Source: Mytilus edulis | Taxonomy: Eukaryota | DNA length: 64,000 nucleotides | Assembly (NCBI RefSeq): GCF_963676685.1 | Contig: NC_092349.1 | Span: 13,206,001 to 13,270,000 of the forward strand | Direction: 5' to 3' | In this document: positions 13,546-25,186 of the stretch, in pieces | How positions within the stretch are numbered: position 1 is the stretch's first letter | How the letters are laid out: the number at the start of each line of letters is the position of its first letter | The notes under the pieces: generated by a model | The model's input: the letters and a program-made list of their open reading frames with translations, nothing else | Told to the model about the DNA's origin: nothing | The model's database searches: none | Made by a program: the position numbers and the translations under genes

Positions 13546-14786
13546 TTTTTAAGTCTCCCAAACAAAGTTTGGAGACTTATTGTTTTTGGTCAGTTCTTAT
13601 TATTTTTATTATTCTTCCTCTTCCTTTTCTTCTTTTTCCGCCACTTTAAAAATGAACTTGTCCGCAGCGGTTCTCCTAAACGGCTTGTTAGATTTACTTA
13701 GGATTTTACAATATGTTAGACTAACATGTCTAGGTGAGCCATCAATGTTTCGTTTGTGCATTGGGGTCTATTAAGGGATATTTTGGGGGGTAGAAAGGAG
13801 GAAGGGGTTTACTATAGAACCCTATGGGATTTTATTTTCTAAAATTTTCAAATGAATATAACTTAAAAACTGTAAGTGATAGATACATGCAGTCTTCAGA
13901 AATGATTATAGGACAATAAAACAATTCACATGAAATATAGGGGGAGTCCCTGGGGGGTCATCCCCACCCCTTTCAATTTGAGAATATGCTTTTATCTTGT
14001 AAACGGTCCAGATCCCCACCCCTAAACCATATATATTCTTGAATGGGACGATAAAACAAATCAAATGAAATTAAAGGGAAGTCCCCAGGGGTCATCCCCA
14101 CCCCGTTCAATTTGAGAATGTGCTATTATCTTGTAAACAGTCCAGATCCCCACCCCTAAACCATATATATTCTTGTAGGGGACAATAAAACAAATGAAAT
14201 GAAATAAAAGTGATGTCCCTAGGGGCTCACACCACCCCCTCTTGTTTGAAAACTTGTAAACGGGCAACATCCCCACCCCTAAAACATATATATTCTTGTA
14301 TGGGACAATAAAACTAATCAAATGAAATTAAATGGAAGTTCCTTGGGGTCATCCCCACCCCGTTCAATTTGAGAATGTACTATTATCTTGTAAACGGTCC
14401 AGATCCCCACCCCTAAACCATATATATTCTTGCAGGGGACAATAAAACAAATGAAATGAAATAAAAGGGAAGTCCTGAGGGGGTCACCCCACCCCCTCTT
14501 GTTTGAAAACTTGTAAACGGTCAACATCCCCACCCCTAAACCACATATATTCTTGTATGGGACAATAAAACAAATCAAATGAAATGTAGGTAAAGTCTCT
14601 GGGGGTTACCACCACCCCTCCTGTTTGAATACTTGTAAATGGTGGAGATCCCCACCCGTAAGCCATATATATTCTTGTATTGGACAAAAAATCAAATCAA
14701 ATGAACATGACACCATATAAATGGCGAGTTATGGGAGCTTTGTTTGGGAGACTTCGTAACAGCATCCTGTTACAATTACTTCTTGT
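13546..14786 (+). mobile_element. Helentron-associated interspersed element (HINE/DINE-1-like) with internal minisatellite
   Basis: 5' subTIR aagtctcccaaacaaag (13551) with adjacent IR tttggagactt, then a (att/ctt)n tract and a tandem array. 3' subTIR ctttgtttgggagactt (14738), then stem-loop gtaacag-catc-ctgttac (14756-14773). Inserted at a T-rich site of another repeat (ccacat|cttatt). Confidence 0.85.
13905..14710. repeat. minisatellite, alternating 134/123-bp units (257-bp higher-order repeat)
   Basis: Anchor atccccaccc(c/g)taa at 14012, 14146, 14269, 14403, 14526, 14648 (spacings 134, 123, 134, 123, 122). Confidence 0.95.
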
Positions 14787-14809
14787 CTTATTTCTAATTA
14801 ATACACACA

Positions 14810-15700
14810 AAGATAGCCGAAAGATATCAAAGGGATCTTCAAACCCATTAGTCGAAAACAAACTGACAATGCCATTGCAAAAACAAAAAATAACAAATAG
14901 ACAATAAACAGTGCAGAAAACACAACATGGACAACTAAAGACTGAGAAACACGAACCGCAAATAAACATCGGGGGTGATTGCAGGTGTTCTGACGTAAGG
15001 GGGAGGGGGAGGTAAGGGGTCAAGCAATGTCTGAAATTCTTATCAACTTGGAGATATATACTCCAAATGCAGGCGTTGCTGGGATGTTGCTACATAGTTC
15101 ACAATTGGGAAGCTGAAATGTTCTCTTTTGTTATAAAGTTTTATATTCAACCGAGCCTTGTTGTAAAATTTCTAGGTGTAAGTCCAGATATGAGGCAGAC
15201 TTAATTGTATCGATTGTATCCTTTATCGCAAATTCAATGTTATATATTCGTTCAACATAATCACCCAACTGTTAATTATTTAGTGAGAGGACATCATTTA
15301 TATAGCGGAGAGTGGAGCGGGTACTGCTAAGTAAACTTTGTTTATTCTTCCTATATATGAATATAAACACAAATTGACAAGAAGGGGAGCACAGTATGTA
15401 CTCAAGGATGATGATTGCTTTTTGAAAAATTCATCCTCCAAACGAAGCAAATATGTTGCCAATCAAGAAATCAAGCATCTTGATAAAGTCAGTTTCAGAG
15501 AAAAAAAAATGTTCAAGTCGAATGTTTGACATTTATTAATTGTATGCATGCGAAGCATTTTTATGGAGTGACCTTCATAAGAAACGCGCATAGCCAAAAC
15601 ATTGAATGCCAAGGATGTATAAGAACCCAAACACGTTAAGAGCTATATCACCAAATGGGATCCAAAAAATAATTGTGACCAATAACTAAATAGGAACCCT
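14810..15700 (-). mobile_element. highly degenerate Penelope-like RT fragment with 3' UTR (second subfamily)
   Basis: Minus-strand remnants of IKMLDFLI.NIF..FGG and AIKDTIDTIKSASYLDLHLEI. 3' UTR is similar to 27427-27660. Confidence 0.65.
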
Positions 15701-15792
15701 ACTGTTAAGGGGACGCAATTAGATAAATTGTTTTACAGATGGGCGAAGGAGAGCTGATATTCACCTCACTACAGTTAAAGTAAAAATATGTT

Positions 15793-16114
15793 AATTTGAG
15801 AATGAAATGGGGAATGTGTCAATGAACGAAAGAGACAACAACCCGTCCAAAGACCAGAAAACATCCGAAGGCCACCAATGAGTCTTCAACACAGCGAGAA
15901 AATCCCGCACCCGGCGGTGGGCTATAGCTGGCCCCTACACAAAAAAGTGTACTAGTTCAGTGAAAATTGACGTCAAACTAAAGTCCGAAACATAAAAATG
16001 AACTAAAATTAAAAAAACAAGCATACAAGACTAACAAAATCCAGAGAATCCTGACTTGGTACAGGCGAAAAAATGCGGCGGGATTAAACATGTTTTGTGA
16101 GATCTCAACCCTCC
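15793..16114 (-). repeat. dispersed repeat family copy carrying a twister-like fold at its 5' end (16041-16114)
   Basis: Homologous to 6845 and 29575. Minus strand reads GAGGG..tgagatctca..UAA-UCCC-GC..CCUG-U-ACC-AA-GU-CAGG. Confidence 0.7.
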
Positions 16115-16716
16115 ATTATGTAGCTACATTGTATTTCCTTTCTCCAGAGTTTACACTTTTCAATGATTTTCTTTTTTTTTGTCAGCATGTTCATTTCATT
16201 TCCCCCGTGATGTACCCAATTATCTGCAAGCCAAATTTTAGATCAATCTGACCATCTATTACTCATTTGACCATCTATTACTCATTTAATGTAGTATATA
16301 TGAGCTGTAAAAATGCAATATAAGATGAATTTGAATAAAGTTCATCCAGATTTATTTTTATTATATATGGGATACGCATATCCTTCTTCTATTTATTTTT
16401 TTAAGTGGCGTTTCATGAATAACATTCATCTTCATGGATATATGTGTATGGATTATGTATTCTTCCATTTGATAAATACGAATACATAATAATTTTAGAA
16501 CAAATATATGGGTCAACCAGGATACTTTTCCAGATCGGTAATACTGTTGTCGGTATTATTTAAATCACAAAGGTATCCTCGATTTTTTAATAATTTCGGA
16601 AACAAAGTGTCATTTAAATTTTTTTGTTTAATTCTTACATTTAATTAGATGAAATTAAAAGCAAACAAGAAAACACTGATTGAGTATTGTCAATTGATGC
16701 ATTACTCACGTTTATC

Positions 16717-17097
16717 TTAAATTATAATCCTGGTACCTTTGATAACTAGTTACACCACTTGGTCGATGCCACTGCTGGTGGATGTTTCGTCCCCGAGGGT
16801 ATTACCAGCCCAGTAGGCAGCACTTAGGTGTTGACATGAATATCAATTATATGGTCATTTTTATAAATTTCCTGTTTACAAAACTTTGAATTTAAAAAAA
16901 AACTAAGGATTTTCTTATCCAAGGAATCGATAACCTTAGCCGTATTTGGCACAACTTTTTTGGAATTTTGGGTCCTCAATGCTCTTCAACTTTGTACTTG
17001 TTTGGCTTTATAACTATTTTGATCTGAGCGTCACTGATGAGTCTTATGTAGACGAAACTTGCGTCGGGCGTATTAAATTATAATCCTGGTACCTTTG
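16717..17097 (+). mobile_element. retrozyme-like element: 356-bp monomer + 25-bp terminal redundancy, with type I hammerhead (17028-17071)
   Basis: ttaaattataatcctggtacctttg occurs at 16717 and 17073. Hammerhead reads gcgtca CTGATGA gtct-tatgt-agac GAA acttgcgt C gggcgt. No ORF. Confidence 0.8.
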
Positions 17098-17139
17098 GTC
17101 ATTTTACTTTGCAGATTTCTTCGAACCACAGTTAGTCTT

Positions 17140-17488
17140 ATTACAACCACTGGGTCAATGCCTCTGCTGGTAGAGTTATTCTTCCCGAGGGTATCACCAG
17201 CCCAGTAGTCAACACTTCTGTGTTGACATTAATTATTATTGACATGGTCAATATTATAAATTAACTGTTCACAAAGATTTGAAATTTTCGAAATTCTTAG
17301 GATTTTCTACATCAGGTATAGATTACTTTAGCTGCATTTTGAAAAATTTTCAAGACGTTTGAGTCTTCAATGAACTTAAACATTGTTCTTTATTTAGCCT
17401 TTTTGACGTTTTGATTCGAACGTCATTGATGAGTCTTTTGTAGAAGAAACGCGCTTTTGGCTTATAAAAGATTAGTTTATTTACCACT
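17140..17488 (+). mobile_element. second, more diverged retrozyme-like copy (decayed hammerhead 17420-17462)
   Basis: Collinear with 16750-17075; core reads ttgatgagtcttttgtagaagaaacgcgc. Confidence 0.7.
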
Positions 17489-20400
17489 ATCCAATAGAGA
17501 AAATGATTCAAATGATAATTAAAAAAAAAAACTATATTAAAGAATTTGTACCTTCAAAGGAATAATAACAAAGATATATAATGTTGTAGATTATCTATTA
17601 TTTCTTCCTTTTTTATATATCATACTCACTTCTTTACAATAGCGTATTTGCTATCTTCTTAAATAATTTTTGATATATTTTTTTTATTAAATTGATAGGT
17701 GGAAACGACACGTGATTTCTGTAAAATAATGGAGGATTTACGTCACAGGCTAAGTGTACTCTTACAATATTTTCCTCTGAAAGTTTCGACTAAAATAAAT
17801 TATTCCTTGTTATCTCTAGTTTTGACACGACAATAACACGGACAACGTTGCTTTTTTTAACAGACTTTACATACTTCTTTTTTTCGCAAGAGTTTTTTCA
17901 ATATCACAGAGTCATACAGTACGTATCATTAACCAAACAAGCACTCATAAATAAGTTGTATTTGTTTGATGACATAAATCGTGTACCTTCATACTAATTT
18001 TAAGTGTTTTTAGATTTAATAATGCGCGATTCTGCAGACCAGTCAACCTAACGTGTTTATTACGATTGATATACAAACTTAAACTTAATTATGTCTTGCC
18101 ACTACTTTCACTTGACTTTGATCAAACTTATTTTAAAATCTTGTGAACATTCAGGATATGTTTTCTATTAATGCCAATTTAGGTTTTATCGTGTGTGACT
18201 GTCTCCGTTTGAAACACCAACCCTGTCGTTATGTTATTCATATAACAAAATCAAATTTAATCGGGTAATTAAAGACCATCAATTCCATAGTACATTTTAT
18301 CAAAAGAAATTTAAATATCCAATTCAGTGTGACATAATATTAAAAGAATATTTTCGCAATTAATCTTATGACGACGATAGACGATAAATGACAACGTTCG
18401 CCAAGTAATGAAAAAGCTCACACTAGTCCTTTAAAATAAATGCTCTAACAGTTCGGTAAATGTACAATATTCGAAGAATAGTGACTGATGCCAACGACAC
18501 GAATACCTCAATACGAAAAAATAGGCAAAACATATGGGTTTCTTTATATTTATAAATGATATGTCTTTTCTTTTGTAAATTTTGAAAGAACCTAAGATCA
18601 TCCCTGTTTTGTCCGTTTCTCTTCGACTCACGAGTTTTGAATATCATTTGAAAATTTTTGCCAGGTTTTATTCGGTACAAATTTTGTGTTATGTTTATTT
18701 GTTTAAATCTTTATATTCATGATATCATTTCGATATAACATCGACATGAGCAAAACTTGGATCAACCGTATATTGAAAGTTATCCCTTTTTAACAGTATA
18801 TCTCTTGAAATTGAATCGAATAGCTTAAGCGAAACAAGTTGTGGTGCCTCAAAAGTTATCACAAAAATAAGAAGAAAGATACATTTTACCACCAGTTGCA
18901 CGTGTTTCAAAGGAGAAGATAGTAAAAAGTTATTAGATTACTATCATGACAATAATGGGTCAAAATTCATAAATGAGTCCTGCCAAAGTATTTAACAAAA
19001 TAATACCACGTGCTTGTCTAAACTATTTGTGATATTCAGTTATTACAGTGTAACTGTCGGTTCTCTTAGGACAGTATTGGTTGGATTTCTTTCTGCCTTT
19101 GGTGATTTTTTTCATGTTGCATTTGGTACACTGATTTACTGTTATTTTTTTTCTTATCATTTATATAATACTACTTTTCTTATAAGTGTACTAATCTAAA
19201 AAATCAACACCACAGTTAATTAGACAATTATAATCATTTTTAATGGCTATGATATAAAAAATAAGGCGTTTTAGTATGATTCTGAATACACAATTATTCA
19301 CAAGAGACAACAGGACCTCGACGTAAGCAACCAATGGTCACCGTACGGCTTCATAAAATACTCAAACTGTACAGTTAGCTATAAAATACTCGGTATGGCG
19401 AATGTGTGAATCTATTCAAACTACAAAACCAACAGTCAGATTTATGATCAATCAATAAACAAAAATGTACTGTGGTAGACAGCAACAAAAGGCAACCACT
19501 AAATAGCAGTCTCCAGACTTTGTACAGGCATATCATTAATGGGGTATGGTTAGTCGTCTTCTTACTCTTTGACAGTGGTGGAACAGCAAAACATTAAAAT
19601 AACTGTTAAATTCCGTTCAAAAGAAAAGACTTGACTTTTTATAGGCACGAAGAACACAAAAATTATAAACAAAAAGACAATAGACACACAGTACCGGTTT
19701 AAAAGTACTCGTAGTAACTGCAAGCTAGTCAAAGGCAATTGAAATATCAAACAGTACACCTCCAACCTATTTTATGAAAATACATCATAAACATTCTGAG
19801 AAAAGCACGACCTTGTGGAATGCCTTGATACTAGAATCTGCAGGATGTAGCACCAAAAGTATTAAAAACTGTATATCAATAAATATGAGGTAATTCAGAG
19901 CAGCTATATTTGATTTAAAAAAAAATCACCCCTTTCATTTGTCCCCAGTAAACAAAAAGTAAAATCACAAAAATACAGAACTCCAAAGAAAATTCAAAAC
20001 GAAACTATCATATCAAATGGCAAAATCAAAAGCTCAAACACATCAAACAAATGAAAAACGTATTAAACAATGTTCTTGTGGGAATATAGAAATTATTTTT
20101 CTTGTATATCTCCCTTTTCGTACGTCTGTTTGTATGTATGTCTATCTAAGCATTTGCCCCCTTAAAGAGTAGTAAATCAAATTTGTGTGGAGTTCATGTT
20201 TTTGTGAGTTCAGACTTACTTGTATTTTATTTTACTGTTCCAGTTTCATTTCTTATAATCAAATTTATGAAAAGTGGTAATTGCAGTAAATGGCAACTAC
20301 CTAAACCGAAAACAAAAAAGATTAGCATTCCACAATATCTGCAAATCTTTTCTTGCTTGTGGATAGTTGCAAAATTATGATGTGGTAAATTAAACGATGA

Positions 20401-20532
20401 CATTTTGCACTGTACATTAGTCAATGAAAGGCGAGGTGTCTATTATACTGAACGTAAACATAACATGACGTTTGAGTCTTCAATGCTCTTCAACTTAGTA
20501 CTTTATTTGGCCTTTTTAACTTTTTGATTTGA

Positions 20533-20576
20533 TCATCACTGATGAGTTTTTTGTAGACGAAAAGCGCGTCTGGCGT
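20533..20576 (+). ncRNA. type I hammerhead motif (core intact, stems partly mismatched)
   Basis: tcatca CTGATGA gttt-tttgt-agac GAA aagcgcgt C tggcgt. Confidence 0.7.
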
Positions 20577-21991
20577 ATACATTTTTATCCTGGTATCTAT
20601 GATGAGTTTATTAACCACGATGCAAAGTATTTGTACCTTCTATGGAATAATGACAAAGGTGAATACTGTTGAATATTATCAATTAGATTATTGATTTGTT
20701 TCTAAATCATACTCACTCCTTCACAAAAGTGTATGTGCTCTGTTATTGAAATGAGTTTTGATATATTTTTTTTTATTGAATTAAAAGGTGGAAAACGACA
20801 GAAGATTCCTGTAAAATAATTGAGCGTGTGCACAAATGTTTTACGTCACATGATAAGTGTACGGTAACAAAATTGTACCTGACAATTTCGACTTAAAATT
20901 AATTATTCCTCGTTATCACTAGTATTGACACAAAAACCACACGGACAAGGGTTCTATTCTGTTAAACTGACGTTACCTACTTCTGTTTTTGCAAGAGTGT
21001 ATCTTGATATTAAAGAGTCATACAGTACGTATTATTACTTCAAAAAAGCACTCATATATAATTTGTATTTTTTGTTGATGAAATAAATCGTGTACCTTCG
21101 TATTCCTTAAAATGACTTATATTTACTTTCTTTTCAAACGTTGCAAGGGTCTAGTTTTTGTTAATTCCTTTTTTTAGATTTGATGATGCACGACTTTGCA
21201 GACCAGTGCATCCAAAGTGTTAGTTTGTGATTCATATACAAACTTAGACCTAATTATATCTTGCCGCTACTTTTTCTTGACTTTGAGCACACTTTCTTTT
21301 TTAAATCTTGTGACAAGGATATGTTTTCTATTAATGCTAATTTAGATTTAATCGTGTGTGACTAACTATCTCGGTTTGAAATGTCAACCCTGTTGTTATG
21401 TCATTCATATAACAAAATAAAATATAATCAATTATCATTAAAGACCATCAAATTCATAACACGTTATATCGAAAGAAATTTAAATACCAAATTCTACTAA
21501 CAGTGTGAGTTATATCTAAAAAGAATATTTTCTCAATAGTTCTTATCTATAATAAGCAGTGCAAAGTTTGTTTGAATGAATGTTGTTGCTCATTTAAATT
21601 GTCCGTTATCTACGTACTGTTATTTACTTGTTTATCATTTGTGACGTCATATAGTTGTCTGATTTCGTCCAAATAAAGTTTGTTTTATATTCACCCTGTT
21701 TTCCCCGCGTTAAAGATGGAAATAAGAAGGCACATATTACATAGACATAGCACTATAACTATTTTTGTTATACTTAGAACAATTATTTCAAATTATTTTC
21801 CTTTGCAAGGTATATGAAATTTGTAAAAGCATAAGTCACAAAATATTAGACAACACCATGGCCGACAAAAACCCAATAAAGACAAATAGGTAAACAACAA
21901 TACACTGTACATACATGGAAAAATAAAGATTTAGTAAATGATATTCAAGACAAAATCAGATATGAATTATGGTACCTTGATTATTTCAACA

Positions 21992-24900
21992 AATAAAGGC
22001 AATAGTAGTATACCGCTGTTCAATAGTCATAAATCGATTTAACTGAAACAAATCCGGGTCACAAACCAAAACCGAGGGGAAACACGTCAACTATAAGAGG
22101 AAACAAAACGGAACAACATAAACACTGAACTGTTACAAAAACAAACGCCAACACACATAAACATGGATTATGTGATAACAGTTGCCATATTCCTGAATTG
22201 GTAAAGAACATTTTAAGAAAAACCTCCCGCTTGTAGCAATGTTAAAAATACCGCTAAAATGACAACATTACGTGACAGGAACAAAGTACAAAAAAATGCA
22301 AGAACATTCAGGACAGAAAATACATAAATAAATAATATAATAGTCCATGTCAACATGTAAACCACAGAATAACAACGAACACCAAAAACATCCGTATTGG
22401 GCAATATAAAGGCTGGAGTACCCCAGGGGTCGATCCTGGGTCCTCATTTATTTTTGATATTTATCAATGATATCATATCTGATAAACAGTCCACTATTAA
22501 GTTGTTTGCTGATGATACAAGTTTATATTTGATAGTAAATAACCCCCGAGAATCAGTAAACAACTTGAATAGTGATCTCGCAAAAATCCATAGATGGTCT
22601 TCAGATTGGCTAGTGACCTTTAACCCTTTTAAAACCGAGAGCATGACTTTTTCACGGAAACTTCACAAACCTGATCATCCAAAACTTAACATGGACAACG
22701 TAACTGTAACTGAGGTATCAACCCATAAACACCTTGGATTACATATTTCAAACGATGGCACTTGGCATAAACATATTGATGAAATAAACTAAAAGGCATA
22801 CAAACGACTGAATGTTCTACGAAAATTTAGATTCATCCTTGACAGACGAACACTCGAGACAATATACCTAACACATATAAGACCATTTTTAGAATATGCT
22901 GATGTCATCTGGGACAACAACACACATCTTTTGTTTGATAAGATTGAAAAAGTACAAACAGAGGCTGCCAGGATCGTAACTGGGGGTACTAGGTTGGTGT
23001 CCCTAGAGAGATTATATCTCGAAACGGATTGGGAAAAGCTTAAAGATCGAAGGGAGGCCCACAGATTAATGTATTTTTATAAGATGAAAAATAGTATTAC
23101 TCCGGAATATTTATCAACCTTAGTTCCAAAATCCCATGCAACCATACATAATCATAATACGAGAAACTCGTCCCTAATCCCCCTGTTCGAACTAGAACAG
23201 CCCTGTATTCGAATTATTATTAACCGGCAACTGTACGTTCATGGAATCTCCTCCCTGAGAGTGATAAGACCAGTACTTCGGTGGGGGCATTCAGGAATTG
23301 TGCCCAGTCTCGAGTGACAAAACCTCCAAATTATTTTTACATTGGTAAGCGATTAGGTCAAATTTATCACTCAAGACTTCGAATGCAATGCAGTTCTCTA
23401 ATTCAACATATTTTTGTAAAAAAATATAGTGGCCTCACTACTTTGTTTATGTGGTGCTATAGAAACAACAGCGCATTACTTGTTGCACTGCCCCCGATTT
23501 CACATCATGCGTGAACAGCATATTTATAATATCAATATCATACATTTCTTGTCGGAAGAAAATTTGCTACATGGTTCAACGGATTTCAGCTACGAACAAA
23601 ACATTGAAATATTCTTTGCAGTTCAAACGGTCATACTCAGTAGCAAAAGATTTGTCATATGATAACAAACATCTTGTTCAACAAGAAATACTTATATCTT
23701 AAATAATTGTGTCCGTTCAGAAACATACACTTTATTATTGTATTTCCGATGTATATTTTGTTTTCTCTTTTGTGTTCACAACCTTATTGTATGTTTTGTT
23801 TATTTTCCATCTAGTGTAACATTGTTATTTTTTTAACATTATACTCCTTGAGTATTACAATATGAAATGTTCTTATTTGAATCAGGAAACGGATTAATAT
23901 AAGCTTACAGCTTGTTTCTGGATCCTATTAATTATTCACTTGAATTGATATGTAAATGACAATTTGTGTACATTACTTAACCTGAATTTAATTAATAAAA
24001 TATGTTTACACTAACACCAAAATTAATTTACGACAGAACACAAATACAGCACAATAAAATAATGAAATGTGCGTCACACGATTGTAGCAACGCCACAAAA
24101 AGTGACGTCATAGGTAATTTTTTGAAAATACCATATGAAATTGGGATTAAGTTTGTAATGGTGTTATTTGATATACTTTCTAACCATTACAAGCATATTA
24201 ATATAGAATTGTGTAAGTAATTGTGTAAATATTTGTATTTTATAACCATGGGTTATCTTCTAAATCAAACTGAAAACAACCCGAATGAATCCTGTGCATA
24301 TAGTTGCTTTTAATCTAAAATCATATCAATGAACTAAAAAGAATTAAAACAACAAACGATAAGACATAAAACAACATTCCACCAGAATTACAAATGTAAC
24401 ATCATAACTAAATAAATGAATGTTGGATGTACAAATACCGAGACACGTCTAATATTAATGCAAATTTATACTCAGCAAAACAGTCATATTCGGGAATAGG
24501 TCACGTTCGATACTTAGAAGACCAGACGACGTAGATGGTAAACCACAATATAAGACGTATTGAAAATGTCGTTAGCTAGTTTAAACACAGTCACACCGTA
24601 AATATCAACCATTTCGTGATAGTGTCCATAAATACGGAGTGTAATTTTTAATCTTTCCTCCTCATAACTCTGTTGGAGCAGTTTCTGCGTAAGGAGCACA
24701 CTCCTGTAAATGAATGCGTATAGTGTAAACATGCACGCGCATAGCGTATCAACTGAGATATGTAAACACCATACGATGGAGCAGAGGGTATGTTACTGCT
24801 GAGAAATGGAAAAATGATAATTGTGAAGTTGAAATCGTCCTTTTGTCATAAATTTTAGTGTGAAGTAGTTCATATGTGTAAATATTGAGTAAAAGATCAA

Positions 24901-25186
24901 GGTATGAAGCAATCATCCTAGTTTTAGTAGTATCCTTAATTTCAAGTTCACTGGGATATACGAGATGTAAGTACTGGCTGAAATACGGGTTATTCAGTGA
25001 TAGCACATGATCAATATATCTGAAAGTAAAATTAAAGAATTTCGCAAGGTGCTTTTTCTTTTTGTCTTTTAGAAGGTTTTGAATGAATTCAGCTTCATAC
25101 GAGTACAAAAACAAATCGGTCAGTAGGGGTGAACGATTACTACCCATTGGAATACCGAATCTCTGTTGAAATATCAATCCTCCCAT
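21992..25186 (-). mobile_element. Penelope-like (Naiad-type) element, RT C-terminal part 25186-24514 plus 3' UTR, with a LINE nested in the UTR
   Basis: GIPMG, FRYID(H) and ASYLDL motifs. UTR continues on both sides of the 22388-24012 insertion and ends in aacagcggtatactactattgcctttattt. Confidence 0.8.
22388..24012 (+). mobile_element. 5'-truncated CR1/L2-group LINE (RT pseudo-ORF)
   Basis: GVPQGSILGP, LFADDT and FNPFKT motifs, plus C-terminal CLCG..ET..HYLLHCP. Stop at 22790 and later frameshifts. 10-bp TSD aacaccaaaa at 22378-22387 and 24013-24022. Confidence 0.9.

Noticed and set aside
14061-14687. Repetitive 67-86 aa ORFs
   Set aside because: They are translations of the HINE minisatellite, with no splice or domain support.
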